Positions 27,852 to 43,456 of a stretch of DNA of 64,000 bases are shown here, piece after piece. Source of the DNA: Eledone cirrhosa (taxonomy: Eukaryota). Position numbers and translations under genes: made by a program. The DNA lies in the NCBI GenBank assembly GCA_964016885.1, contig OZ024740.1:6200001-6264000 (forward strand), read 5' to 3'. The notes beneath the pieces are model-generated. The model was not told where the DNA came from. It saw only the letters and a program-made list of their open reading frames with translations, and ran no database searches. Position 1 is the first letter of the stretch. Each line of letters opens with the position of its first letter.

Positions 27852-30800
27852 TACCAAAATATTCATAGAACTGTTATACATATATGATTGTATAGTGTCC
27901 TTAGTAGAAATACTTCACCAAAGAGATTTATACCAAAATATTCATAGAAGCGGTATATATATGATTGTATAGTGTCCTTAGTAGAAATTCTTCACCAAAG
28001 ATATTTATACCCAAATATTCATAGAACTGGTATATATATGATTGTATAGTGTCCTTAGTAGAAATACTTCACCAAAGAGATTTATACCAAAATATTCATA
28101 GAACTGGTATATATATAATTGTATAGTGTCCTTAGAAGAAATACTTCACCAAAGAGATGTATACCAAAATATTCATAGAACTGGTATATATATGATTGTA
28201 TAGTGTCCTTAGTAGAAATTCTTCTCCAAAGATTTATACCCAAATATTCATGGAACTGTTATATATATAATTCTATAGGGTCCTTAGTAGAAATTCTTCA
28301 CCAAAGAGATTTATAGCAAAATATTCATAGAACTGGTATATATATGAGTATATAGTGTCCTTAGTAGAAATTCTACACCAAAGAGATGTATACCAAAATA
28401 TTCATAGAACTGGTATATATATGATTGTATAGTGTCCTTCGTAGTAATTCTTAAGCAAAGAGATTTATACTAAAATATTCATAGAACTGTTATACATATA
28501 TGATTGTATAGTGTCCTTAGAAGAAATTCTACACCAAAGAGATTTCTACCAAAATATTCATAGTACTGGTATATATATGATTGTGTAGTGTCCTTAGTAG
28601 AAATACTTCACCAAAGAGATGTATACCAAAATATTCATAGAACTGGTATATATATATGATTGTATAGTGTCCTTAGTAGAAATACTTCACCAAAGTCTTT
28701 ATACCAAAATATACATAGAACTGGTATATATATGATTGTATAGTGTCCTTAGAAGAAGTTCTTCAGCAAAGAGATTTATACCAAAATATTCAAAGAACTG
28801 GTATATATATATGATTGTATGTCCTTAGTAGAAATTCTTCACGAAAGATTTTATACCAAAATATTCATAGAACTGGTATACATATATGATTGTATAGTGT
28901 CCTTAGTAGAAGTTCTTCACCAAAGACTTTATACCAAACTATTCATAGAACTGGTATATATATGATTGTATAGTGTCCTTCGTAGAAATTCTTAAGGAAA
29001 GAGATTTATACCAAAATATTCATAGAACTGGTATATATATGATTGTATAGTGTCCTTAGTAGAAATTCTTCTCCAAAGAGATTTATACCAAAATATTCAT
29101 AGTACTGGTATATATATGATTGTATAGTGTCCTTAGTAGAAATTCTTCTCCAAAGAGATTTATACCCAAATATTCATAGAACTGGTATATATATGATTGT
29201 ATAGTGTCCTTAGTAGAAATACTTCACCAAAGAGATTTATACCAAAATATTCATAGAAGTTGTATATATATGATTGTATAGTGTCCTTAGTAGAAGTTCT
29301 TCACCAAAGAGATTTATACCCAAATATTCATAGAATTGGTATATATATGATTGTATAGTGTCCTTAGTAGAAATTCTTCACCAAAGTCTTTATACCAAAA
29401 TACACATAGAACTGGAATATATATGATTGTATAGTGTTCTTAGTAGAAATACTTCACCAAAGAGATTTATACCAAAATATACATAGAACTGGTATATATA
29501 TGATTGTATAGTGTCCTTAGTAGAAATACTTCACCAAAGAGATTTATACCCAAATATTCATAGAATTGGTATATATATGATTGTATAGTGTCCTTAGTAG
29601 AAATTCTTCACCAAAGTCTTTATACCAAAATATACATAGAACTGGAATATATATGATTGTATAGTGTTATTAGTAGAAATACTTCACCAAAGAGATTTAT
29701 ACCAAAATATTCATAGAACTGGTATACATATATGATTGTATAGTGTCCTTAGTAGAAGTTCTTCACCAAAGACTTTATACCAAAATATTCATAGAACTGG
29801 TATATATATGATTGTATAGTGTCCTTCGTAGATATTCTTATGGAAAGAGATTTATACCAAAATATTCATAGAACTGGTATATATATGATTGTATAGTGTC
29901 CTTAGTAGAAATTCTTCTCCAAAGAGATTTATACCCAAATATTCATAGAACTGTTATATATATGATTGTATAGTGTCCTTAGTAGAAGTTCTTCACCAAA
30001 GACTTCATACCAAAATATTCATAGAACTGGTATATATATGATTGTATTGTGTCCTCGTAGTAATTCTTAGGCAAAGAGATTTCTACCAAAATATTCATAG
30101 AACTGTTTTACATATATGATTGTATAGTGTCCTTAGTAGAAATTCTTCTCCAAAGAGATTTATACTAAAACATTCATAGTACTGTTATATATAAGATTGT
30201 GTAGTTTCCTTAGTAGAAATACTTCACCAAAGAGATGTATACCAAAATATTCATAGAACTGGTATATATATGATTGTATAGTGTCCTTAGTAGAAATACT
30301 TCACCAAAGTCTTTATACCAAAATATACATAGAACTGGTATATATATGATTGTATAGTGTCCTTAGAAGAAGTTCTTCAGCAGAGAGATTTATACAAAAA
30401 TATTCATAGAACTGGTATACATATATGATTGTATAGTGTCCTTAGTAGAAGTTCTTAAAGAAAGAGATTTATACCAAAATATTCATAGAACTGGTATATA
30501 TATGATTGTATAGTGTCCTTAGTAGAAATTCTTCTCCAAAGAGATTTATTCCAAAATATTCATAGAACTGGTATATATATGATTGTGTAGTGTCCTTAGT
30601 AGAAATACTTCACCAAAGAGATGTATACCAAAATATTCATAGAACTGGTATATATATGATTATATAGTGTCCTTAGTAGAAATTCTTCACCAAACAGATT
30701 TATACCAACATATTCATAGAACTGGTATACATATGATTGCATAGTGTCCCCGGTAGAAATTCTTCACCAAAGAGATTTATACCACAATAGTCATAGAACT

Positions 30801-33800
30801 GGTATACATATGATTGTATAGTGTCCTTAGTAGAAATTCTTCTCCAAAGAGATTTATACCCAAATATTCATAGAACTTGTATATATAAGATTGTATAGTG
30901 TCTTTAGTAGAAATTCTTCTCCAAAGAGATTTATACTAAAATATTCATAGAACTGGTATATATATGATTGTGTAGTGTCCTTAGTAGAAATACTTCACCA
31001 AAGAGATGTATACCAAAATATTCATAGAACTGGTATATATATGATTGTATAGTGTCCTTAGTAGAAATTCTTCTCCAAAGAGATTTATACCCAAATATTC
31101 ATGGAACTGTTATATATATGATTCTATAGGGTCCTTAGTAGAAATTCTTCACCAAAGAGATTTATACCAAAATATTCATAGAATTGGTATATATATGATT
31201 GTATAGTGTCCTTAGAAGAAATTCTTCACCAAAGTCTTTATACCAAAATATACATAGAACTGGTATATATATGATTGTATAGTGTCCTTAGTAGAAATAC
31301 TTCACCAAAGAGATTTATACCAAAATATTCATAGAACTGGTATATATATAATTGTATAGTGTCCTTAGAAGAAATACTTCACCAAAGAGATGTATACCAA
31401 AATATTCATAGAACTGGTATATATATGATTGTATAGTGTCCTTAGTAGAAATTCTTCTCCAAAGATTTATACCCAAATATTCATGGAACTGTTATATATA
31501 TAATTCTATAGGGTCCTTAGTAGAAATTCTTCACCAAAGAGATTTATACCAAAATATTCATAGAACTGGTATATATATGAGTATATAGTGTCCTTAGTAG
31601 AAATTCTACACCAAAGAGATGTATACCATAATATTCATAGAACTGGTATATATATGATTGTATAGTGTCCTTCGTAGTAATTCTTAAGCAAAGAGATTTC
31701 TACCAAAATATTCATAGAACTGTTATACATATATGATTGTATAGTGTCCTTAGTAGAAATACTTCACCAAAGAGATTTATACCAAAATATTCATAGAAGC
31801 GGTATATATATGATTGTATAGTGTCCTTAGTAGAAATTCTTCACCAAAGATATTTATACCCAAATATTCATAGAACTGGTATATATATGATTGTATAGTG
31901 TCCTTAGTAGAAATACTTCACCAAAGAGATTTATACCAAAATATTCATAGAACTGGTATATATATAATTGTATAGTGTCCTTAGAAGAAATACTTCACCA
32001 AAGAGATGTATACCAAAATATTCATAGAACTGGTATATATATGATTGTATAGTGTCCTTAGTAGAAATTCTTCTCCAAAGATTTATACCCAAATATTCAT
32101 GGAACTGTTATATATATAATTCTATAGGGTCCTTAGTAGAAATTCTTCACCAAAGAGATTTATAGCAAAATATTCATAGAACTGGTATATATATGAGTAT
32201 ATAGTGTCCTTAGTAGAAATTCTACACCAAAGAGATGTATACCAAAATATTCATAGAACTGGTATATATATGATTGTATAGTGTCCTTCGTAGTAATTCT
32301 TAAGCAAAGAGATTTATACTAAAATATTCATAGAACTGTTATACATATATGATTGTATAGTGTCCTTAGAAGAAATTCTACACCAAAGAGATTTCTACCA
32401 AAATATTCATAGTACTGGTATATATATGATTGTGTAGTGTCCTTAGTAGAAATACTTCACCAAAGAGATGTATACCAAAATATTCATAGAACTGGTATAT
32501 ATATATGATTGTATAGTGTCCTTAGTAGAAATACTTCACCAAAGTCTTTATACCAAAATATACATAGAACTGGTATATATATGATTGTATAGTGTCCTTA
32601 GAAGAAGTTCTTCAGCAAAGAGATTTATACCAAAATATTCAAAGAACTGGTATATATATATGATTGTATGTCCTTAGTAGAAATTCTTCACGAAAGATTT
32701 TATACCAAAATATTCATAGAACTGGTATACATATATGATTGTATAGTGTCCTTAGTAGAAGTTCTTCACCAAAGACTTTATACCAAACTATTCATAGAAC
32801 TGGTATATATATGATTGTATAGTGTCCTTCGTAGAAATTCTTAAGGAAAGAGATTTATACCAAAATATTCATAGAACTGGTATATATATGATTGTATAGT
32901 GTCCTTAGTAGAAATTCTTCTCCAAAGAGATTTATACCAAAATATTCATAGTACTGGTATATATATGATTGTATAGTGTCCTTAGTAGAAATTCTTCTCC
33001 AAAGAGATTTATACCCAAATATTCATAGAACTGGTATATATATGATTGTATAGTGTCCTTAGTAGAAATACTTCACCAAAGAGATTTATACCAAAATATT
33101 CATAGAAGTTGTATATATATGATTGTATAGTGTCCTTAGTAGAAGTTCTTCACCAAAGAGATTTATACCCAAATATTCATAGAATTGGTATATATATGAT
33201 TGTATAGTGTCCTTAGTAGAAATTCTTCACCAAAGTCTTTATACCAAAATACACATAGAACTGGAATATATATGATTGTATAGTGTTCTTAGTAGAAATA
33301 CTTCACCAAAGAGATTTATACCAAAATATACATAGAACTGGTATATATATGATTGTATAGTGTCCTTAGTAGAAATACTTCACCAAAGAGATTTATACCC
33401 AAATATTCATAGAATTGGTATATATATGATTGTATAGTGTCCTTAGTAGAAATTCTTCACCAAAGTCTTTATACCAAAATATACATAGAACTGGAATATA
33501 TATGATTGTATAGTGTTATTAGTAGAAATACTTCACCAAAGAGATTTATACCAAAATATTCATAGAACTGGTATACATATATGATTGTATAGTGTCCTTA
33601 GTAGAAGTTCTTCACCAAAGACTTTATACCAAAATATTCATAGAACTGGTATATATATGATTGTATAGTGTCCTTCGTAGATATTCTTATGGAAAGAGAT
33701 TTATACCAAAATATTCATAGAACTGGTATATATATGATTGTATAGTGTCCTTAGTAGAAATTCTTCTCCAAAGAGATTTATACCCAAATATTCATAGAAC

Positions 33801-35602
33801 TGTTATATATATGATTGTATAGTGTCCTTAGTAGAAGTTCTTCACCAAAGACTTCATACCAAAATATTCATAGAACTGGTATATATATGATTGTATTGTG
33901 TCCTCGTAGTAATTCTTAGGCAAAGAGATTTCTACCAAAATATTCATAGAACTGTTTTACATATATGATTGTATAGTGTCCTTAGTAGAAATTCTTCTCC
34001 AAAGAGATTTATACTAAAACATTCATAGTACTGTTATATATAAGATTGTGTAGTTTCCTTAGTAGAAATACTTCACCAAAGAGATGTATACCAAAATATT
34101 CATAGAACTGGTATATATATGATTGTATAGTGTCCTTAGTAGAAATACTTCACCAAAGTCTTTATACCAAAATATACATAGAACTGGTATATATATGATT
34201 GTATAGTGTCCTTAGAAGAAGTTCTTCAGCAGAGAGATTTATACAAAAATATTCATAGAACTGGTATACATATATGATTGTATAGTGTCCTTAGTAGAAG
34301 TTCTTAAAGAAAGAGATTTATACCAAAATATTCATAGAACTGGTATATATATGATTGTATAGTGTCCTTAGTAGAAATTCTTCTCCAAAGAGATTTATTC
34401 CAAAATATTCATAGAACTGGTATATATATGATTGTGTAGTGTCCTTAGTAGAAATACTTCACCAAAGAGATGTATACCAAAATATTCATAGAACTGGTAT
34501 ATATATGATTATATAGTGTCCTTAGTAGAAATTCTTCACCAAACAGATTTATACCAACATATTCATAGAACTGGTATACATATGATTGCATAGTGTCCCC
34601 GGTAGAAATTCTTCACCAAAGAGATTTATACCACAATAGTCATAGAACTGGTATACATATGATTGTATAGTGTCCTTAGTAGAAATTCTTCTCCAAAGAG
34701 ATTTATACCCAAATATTCATAGAACTTGTATATATAAGATTGTATAGTGTCTTTAGTAGAAATTCTTCTCCAAAGAGATTTATACTAAAATATTCATAGA
34801 ACTGGTATATATATGATTGTGTAGTGTCCTTAGTAGAAATACTTCACCAAAGAGATGTATACCAAAATATTCATAGAACTGGTATATATATGATTGTATA
34901 GTGTCCTTAGTAGAAATTCTTCTCCAAAGAGATTTATACCCAAATATTCATGGAACTGTTATATATATGATTCTATAGGGTCCTTAGTAGAAATTCTTCA
35001 CCAAAGAGATTTATACCAAAATATTCATAGAATTGGTATATATATGATTGTATAGTGTCCTTAGAAGAAATTCTTCACCAAAGTCTTTATACCAAAATAT
35101 ACATAGAACTGGTATATATATGATTGTATAGTGTCCTTAGTAGAAATACTTCACCAAAGAGATTTATACCAAAATATTCATAGAACTGGTATATATATAA
35201 TTGTATAGTGTCCTTAGAAGAAATACTTCACCAAAGAGATGTATACCAAAATATTCATAGAACTGGTATATATATGATTGTATAGTGTCCTTAGTAGAAA
35301 TTCTTCTCCAAAGATTTATACCCAAATATTCATGGAACTGTTATATATATAATTCTATAGGGTCCTTAGTAGAAATTCTTCACCAAAGAGATTTATACCA
35401 AAATATTCATAGAACTGGTATATATATGAGTATATAGTGTCCTTAGTAGAAATTCTACACCAAAGAGATGTATACCATAATATTCATAGAACTGGTATAT
35501 ATATGATTGTATAGTGTCCTTCGTAGTAATTCTTAAGCAAAGAGATTTCTACCAAAATATTCATAGAACTGTTATACATATATGATTGTATAGTGTCCTT
35601 AG
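27852..35602. repeat. Near-perfect tandem duplication of a 50-monomer block (3849 bp x2)
   Basis: agaagCggt at 27951 and 31800; Gttcttaaagaaag at 30451 and 34300. Both pairs are 3849 bp apart. Confidence 0.9.
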
Positions 35603-38600
35603 AAGAAATTCTACACCAAAGAGATGTATACCAAAATATTCATAGTACTGGTATATATATGATTGTGTAGTGTCCTTAGTAGAAATACTTCACCAAAGAG
35701 ATGTATACCAAAATATTCATAGAACTGGTATATATATGATTGTATAGTGTCCTTAGTAGAAATACTTCACCAAAGTCTTTATACCAAAATATACATAGAA
35801 CTGGTATATATATGATTGTATAGTGTCCTTAGAAGAAGTTCTTCAGCAAAGAGATTTATACCAAATTATTCAAAGAACTGGTATATATATATGATTGTAT
35901 GTCCTTAGTAGAAATTCTTCACGAAAGATTTTATACCAAAATATTCATAGAACTGGTATACATATATGATTGTATAGTGTCCTTAGTAGAAGTTCTTCAC
36001 CAAAGACTTTATACCAAACTATTCATAGAACTGGTATATATATGATTGTATAGTGTCCTTCGTAGAAATTCTTAAGGAAAGAGATTTATACCAAAATATT
36101 CATAGAACTGGTATATATATGATTGTATAGTGTCCTTAGTAGAAATTCTTCTCCAAAGAGATTTATACCAAAATATTCATAGTACTGGTATATATATGAT
36201 TGTATAGTGTCCTTAGTAGAAATACTTCACCAAAGAGATTTATACCAAAATATTCATAGAAGTTGTATATATATGATTGTATAGTGTCCTTAGTAGAAGT
36301 TCTTCACCAAAGAGATTTATACCCAAATATTCATAGAATTGGTATATATATGATTGTATAGTGTCCTTAGTAGAAATTCTTCACCAAAGTCTTTATACCA
36401 AAATACACATAGAACTGGAATATATATGATGATTGTATAGTGTTCTTTGTAGAAATACTTCACCAAAGAGATTTATACCAAAATATACATAGAACTGGTA
36501 TATATATGATTGTATAGTGTCCTTAGTAGAAATACTTCACCAAAGAGATTTATACCCAAATATTCATAGAATTGGTATATATATGATTGTATAGTGTCCT
36601 TAGTAGAAATTCTTCACCAAAGTCTTTATACCAAAATATACATAGAACTGGAATATATATGATTGTATAGTGTTCTTAGTAGAAATACTTCACCAAAGAG
36701 ATTTATACCAAAATATTCATAGAACTGGTATATATATGATTGTATGTCCTTAGCAGGAATTCTTCACGAAAGATTTTATACCAAAATATTCATAGAACTG
36801 GTATATATATGATTGTATAGTTTCCCTAGTAGAAATTCTTCACCAAAGAGAATTATACCAAAATATTCATAAAACTGGTATACATATATGATTGTATAGT
36901 TTCCTTAGTAGAAATTCTTCACCAAAGAGATCTATACCAAAATATTCATAGAACTGGTATAAATATGATTGTATAGTGTCCTTAGTCGAAATTCTTCACC
37001 AAAGAGATTTATACCAAAATATTCATAGAACTGGTATATATATGTTTGTATAATGTCCTTAGTAGAAATTCTTCACCAAAGATTTTATACCAGAATATTC
37101 ATAGAACTGGTATATTTATGATTGTATAGTGTCCTTAGTAGAAATTCTTCACCAAAGATTTTATACCAGAATATTCATAGAACTCGTATATATATGATTG
37201 TGTAGTTTCCCTAGTAGAAATTCTTCACCAAAGAGAATTATACCAAAATATTCATAAATCTGGTATACATATATGATTGTATAGCTTCCTTAGTAGAAAT
37301 TCTTCACCAAAGAGAATTATACCCAAATATTCATAGAACTGGTATATATATGATTGTATAGTGTACTTAGTAGAAATTCTTAACTAAAGATTTTATACCA
37401 AAATATTCATCGAACTGGTATGTATATTATTGTATAGTGTTCTTAGTAGAAACTGTTCACCAAAGAGATTTATACCAAAATATTCATAGAACTGGTATAT
37501 ATATGATTGTATAGTGTCCTTAGTAGAAATACTTCACCAAACAGATTTATACCAAAATATTCATAGAACTGGTATATATATGATTGTATAGTGTCCCTAG
37601 TAGAAATTCGTCTCGAAAGAGATTCATACCAAAATATTCATAGAACTGGTATACATATGATTGCATAGTGACCCGGTAGAAATTCTTCACCAAAGAGATT
37701 TATACCACAATAGTCATAGAACTGGTATATATATGATTGTATATTGTCCTTAGTAGAAATTCTTCTCCAAAGAGATTTATACTAAAATATTCATAGAACT
37801 GGTATATATATGATAGTGTAGTCTCCTTAGTAGAAATACTTCACCAAAGAGATGTATACCAAAATATTCATAGAACTGGTATATATATGATTGTATAGTG
37901 TCCTTAGTAGAAATTCTTCTCCAAAGAGATTTATACCCAAATATTCATGGAACTGTTATATATATGATTCTATAGGGTCCTTAGTAGAAATTCTTCACCA
38001 AAGAGATTTATACCAAAATATTCATAGAATTGGTATATATATGATTGTATAGTGTCCTTAGAAGAAATTCTTCACCAAAGTCTTTATACCAAAATATACA
38101 TAGAACTGGTATATATATGATTGTATAGTGTCCTTAGTAGAAATACTTCACCAAAGAGATTTATACCAAAATATTCATAGAACTGGTATATATATAATTG
38201 TATAGTGTCCTTAGAAGAAATACTTCACCAAAGAGATGTATACCAAAATATTCATAGAACTGGTATATATATGATTGTATAGTGTCCTTAGTAGAAATTC
38301 TTCTCCAAAGATTTATACCCAAATATTCATGGAACTGTTATATATATAATTCTATAGGGTCCTTAGTAGAAATTCTTCACCAAAGAGATTTATACCAAAA
38401 TATTCATAGAACTGGTATATATATGAGTATATAGTGTCCTTAGTAGAAATTCTATACCAAAGAGATGTATACCATAATATTCATAGAACTGGTATATATA
38501 TGATTGTATAGTGTCCTTCGTAGTAATTCTTAAGCAAAGAGATTTCTACCAAAATATTCATAGAACTGTTATACATATATGATTGTATAGTGTCCTTAGA

Positions 38601-40930
38601 AGAAATTCTACACCAAAGAGATGTATACCAAAATATTCATAGTACTGGTATATATATGATTGTGTAGTGTCCTTAGTAGAAATACTTCACCAAAGAGATG
38701 TATACCAAAATATTCATAGAACTGGTATATATATGATTGTATAGTGTCCTTAGTAGAAATACTTCACCAAAGTCTTTATACCAAAATATACATAGAACTG
38801 GTATATATATGATTGTATAGTGTCCTTAGAAGAAGTTCTTCAGCAAAGAGATTTATACCAAAATATTCAAAGAACTGGTATATATATATGATTGTATGTC
38901 CTTAGTAGAAATTCTTCACGAAAGATTTTATACCAAAATATTCATAGAACTGGTATACATATATGATTGTATAGTGTCCTTAGTAGAAGTTCTTCACCAA
39001 AGACTTTATACCAAACTATTCATAGAACTGGTATATATATGATTGTATAGTGTCCTTCGTAGAAATTCTTAAGGAAAGAGATTTATACCAAAATATTCAT
39101 AGAACTGGTATATATATGATTGTATAGTGTCCTTAGTAGAAATTCTTCTCCAAAGAGATTTATACCAAAATATTCATAGTACTGGTATATATATGATTGT
39201 ATAGTGTCCTTAGTAGAAATTCTTCTCCAAAGAGATTTATACCCAAATATTCATAGAACTGGCATATATATGATTGTATAGGGTCCTTAGTAGAAATACT
39301 TCACCAAAGAGATTTATACCAAAATATTCATAGAAGTTGTATATATATGATTGTATAGTGTCCTTAGTAGAAGTTCTTCACCAAAGAGATTTATACCCAA
39401 ATATTCATAGAATTGGTATATATATGATTGTATAGTGTCCTTAGTAGAAATTCTTCACCAAAGTCTTTATACCAAAATACACATAGAACTGGAATATATA
39501 TGATGATTGTATAGTGTTCTTTGTAGAAATACTTCACCAAAGAGATTTATACCAAAATATACATAGAACTGGTATATATATGATTGTATAGTGTCCTTAG
39601 TAGAAATACTTCACCAAAGAGATTTATACCCAAATATTCATAGAATTGGTATATATATGATTGTATAGTGTCCTTAGTAGAAATTCTTCACCAAAGTCTT
39701 TATACCAAAATATATATAGAACTGGAATATATATGATTGTATAGTGTTCTTAGTAGAAATACTTCACCAAAGAGATTTATACCAAAATATTCATAGAACT
39801 GGTATATATATGATTGTATGTCCTTAGTAGGAATTCTTCACGAAAGATTTTATACCAAAATATTCATAGAACTGGTATATATATGATTGTATAGTTTCCC
39901 TAGTAGAAATTCTTCACCAAAGAGAATTATACCAAAATATTCATAAAACTGGTATACATATATGATTGTATAGTTTCCTTAGTAGAAATTTTTCACCAAA
40001 GAGATCTATACCAAAATATTCATAGAACTGGTATAAATATGATTGTATAGTGTCCTTAGTAGAAATTCTTCACCAAAGAGATTTATACCAAAATATTCAT
40101 AGAACTGGTATATATATGTTTGTATAATGTCCTTAGTAGAAATTCTTCACCAAAGATTTTATACCAGAATATTCATAGAACTGGTATATTTATGATTGTA
40201 TAGTGTCCTTAGTAGAAATTCTTCACCAAAGATTTTATACCAGAATATTCATAGAACTCGTATATATATGATTGTGTAGTTTCCCTAGTAGAAATTCTTC
40301 ACCAAAGAGAATTATACCAAAATATTCATAAATCTGGTATACATATATGATTGTATAGCTTCCTTAGTAGAAATTCTTCACCAAAGAGAATTATACCCAA
40401 ATATTAATAGAACTGGTATATATATGATTGTATAGTGTACTTAGTAGAAATTCTTACCTAAAGATTTTATACCAAAATATTCATCGAACTGGTATGTATA
40501 TTATTGTATAGTGTTCTTAGTAGAAACTGTTCACCAAAGAGATTTATACCAAAATATTCATAGAACTGGTATATATATGATTGTATAGTGTCCTTAGTAG
40601 AAATACTTCACCAAACAGATTTATACCAAAATATTCATAGAACTGGTATATATATGATTGTATAGTGTCCCTAGTAGAAATTCTTCTCGAAAGAGATTCA
40701 TACCAAAATATTCATAGAACTGGTATACATATGATTGCATAGTGACCCGGTAGAAATTCTTCACCAAAGAGATTTATACCACAATAGTCATAGAACTGGT
40801 ATATATATGATTGTATAGTGTCCTTAGTAGAAATTCTTCTCCAAAGAGATTTATACTAAAATATTCATAGAACTGGTATATATATGATAGTGTAGTCTCC
40901 TTAGTAGAAATACTTCACCAAAGAGATGTA
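34750..40930. repeat. Tandem duplication of a 39-40-monomer block (2997-3074 bp x2)
   Basis: caaaCtattc at 36019 and 39016 (2997); tatgatGattg at 36431 and 39505 (3074); gtgAcccggtag at 37671 and 40745 (3074). Boundaries are approximate. Confidence 0.86.
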
Positions 40931-43440
40931 TAGCAAAATATTCATAGAACTGGTATATATATGATTGTATAGTGTCCTTAGTAGAAATACTACAGCAAAG
41001 AGATTTATACCAGAATATTCATAGAAGTGGTATATATATGATTATATAGTGTCCTTACTTGAGACTCTTCACCAAAGAGATTTATACCAAAGTATTCATA
41101 GTACTGGTATATATATGATTGTATAGTGTCCTTAATAGAAATACTTCACCAAAGAGATTTATACCAAAATATTCATAGAAGTGGTATATATATTATTGTA
41201 TATTGACCTTAGTTGAAATTCTTCTCCAAAGAGATTTATACCTAAATATTCATGGAACTGTTATATATATGATTCTATAGGGTCCTTAGTAGAAATTCTT
41301 CACCAAAGAGATTTATACCAAAATATTCATAGTACTGGTATATTTATGAGTATATAGTGTCCTTAGTAGAAATTCTTCACCAAAGAGATTTATAGCAAAA
41401 TATTCATAGAACTGGTATACATATGATTGCATAGTGTCCCCACTATAAATTCTTCACCAAAGAGATTTATACCAAAATATTCATAGAACTGGTATAAATA
41501 TGATTGTATAGTATCCTTAGTAGAAATTCTTCTCCAAAGAGATTTATACCAAGATATTCATAGAACTGGTATATATATGATTGTGTAGTGTCCTTAGTAG
41601 AAATACTTCACCAAAGAGATGTTTACCAAAATATTTATAGTACTGGTATATATATGATTGTATACTGTCCTTAGTAGAAATACTTCACCAAAGAGATTTA
41701 TACCAAAATATTCATAGAAGTGGTATATATATGATTGTATAGTGTCCTTAGTAGAAATTCTTCACCAAAGAGATTTATACCAAAATATTCATAGAATTGG
41801 TATTTATATGATTGTATAGTGTCCTTAGTAGAAATTCTTCACCAAAGACTTTATACCAAAATATACATAGAACTGGTATATATATGATTGTATAGTGTTC
41901 TTAGTAGAAATACTTCACCAAAGAGATTTATACTAAAATATTCATGGAACTGGTATACATATATGATGGTATAGTGTCCTTAGTAGAAATTCTTTAGCAA
42001 AGAGATTTTTACCAAAATATTCATAGAACTGGTATATATATGATTGTATAGTATCCTTAGTAGAGGTTCTTCACCAAAGAGAATTATACCAAAATATTCA
42101 TAGAACTGGTATATATATGATTGTATAGTGTCCTTAGTAGAAATTCTTCACGAAAGATTTTATACCAAAATATTCATCGGACGGGTATATATATGATTGT
42201 ATAGTGTTCTTAGTAGAAACTGTTCACCAAAGAGATTTATACCAACATATTCATAGAACTGGTATATATATGATTGTATAGTGCCCTTAGTAGAAATACT
42301 TCACCAAAGAGATTTATACCAAAATATTCATAGAACTGGTATACTAATATGATTGTATAGTGTCCTTAGCATAAGTTCTTCACCAAAGACTTTATACCAA
42401 AATATTCATAGAACTGGTATATATATGATTGTATAGTGTCCTTCGTAGAAATTCTTAAGGAAAGAGTTTTATTCCAAAATATTCATAGAACTGGTATATA
42501 TATGATTGTATAGTGTCCTTAGTAGAAATTCTTCTCCAAAGAGATTTATACCCAAATTTTCATAGAACTGTTATATATATGATTGTATAGTGTCCTTAGT
42601 AGAAATTCTTCACCAAAGAGATTTATACCAAAATATTCATAGAACTGGTATATATATGATTGTATAGTGTCCTTAGTAAAATACTTCACCAAAGAGATTT
42701 ATACCAAAATATTCATAGAACTGGTATCTATATGATTGTACAGTGTCCTTAGTAGAAATACTTCACCAAAGAGATTTATGCCAAAATATTCATAGAACTG
42801 GTATACTAATATGATTGTATAGTGTCCTTAGCATAAGTTCTTCACCAAAGACTTTATACCAAAATATTCATAGAACTGGTATATATATGATTGTATTGTG
42901 TCCTTCGTAGAAATTCTTAAGGAAAGAGTTTTATTCCAAAATATTCATAGAACTGGTATATATATGATTGTATAGTGTCCTTAGTAGAAATTCTTCTCCA
43001 AAGAGATTTATACCCAAATTTTCATAGAACTGTTATATATATGATTGTATAGTGTCCTTAGTAGAAATTCTTCACCAAAGAGATTTATACCAAAATATTC
43101 ATAGAACTGGTAATATATGATTATATAGTGTCCTTATTAGAAATTCATCACCAAAGACATTTATACCAAAATATTCATAGAACTGGTATACATATGATTG
43201 CATAGTGTCCCCGGTTGAAATTCTTCACCAAAGAGATTCATACCAAAATATTCATAGAACTGGTATATATATGATTGTATAGTGTCCTTAGTAGAAATTC
43301 TTCACCAAACAGATTTATACCAAAATATTCATAGAACTGGTATATATATGATTGTATAGTGTCCTTAGTAGAAATTCTTCACCAATGAGATTTATACCCA
43401 AATATTCATGGAACTGGTATATATATGACTAGCAGTAAAG

Positions 43441-43456
43441 CCCGGCGTTGCTCGGG
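43441..43456 (-). other. Helitron 3' subterminal hairpin (rolling-circle termination signal)
   Basis: Minus strand CCCGAGCAACGCCGGG: stem CCCG/CGGG plus GC/GC with a bulged A and an AAC loop, followed by CTTTACTGCTAG. This fits the CCCG..GCAACGC..CGGG type of hairpin known from canonical Helitrons. Confidence 0.88.

Larger units (their letters stand above)
1..43428. repeat. 77-bp tandem satellite array, left arm (about 565 monomers; extends beyond window start)
   Basis: Bases 1-77 (atatatatgattgtgtagtg...catagaactggt) recur from base 78 and continue without a break to ...ggtatatatatga at 43428. Monomers differ by a few substitutions or small indels (74-79 bp). Confidence 0.99.

Noticed and set aside
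43441-43456. Rho-independent terminator
   Set aside because: There is no upstream gene and no proper U-tract. Its position 12 nt from a CTAG end fits a Helitron hairpin.
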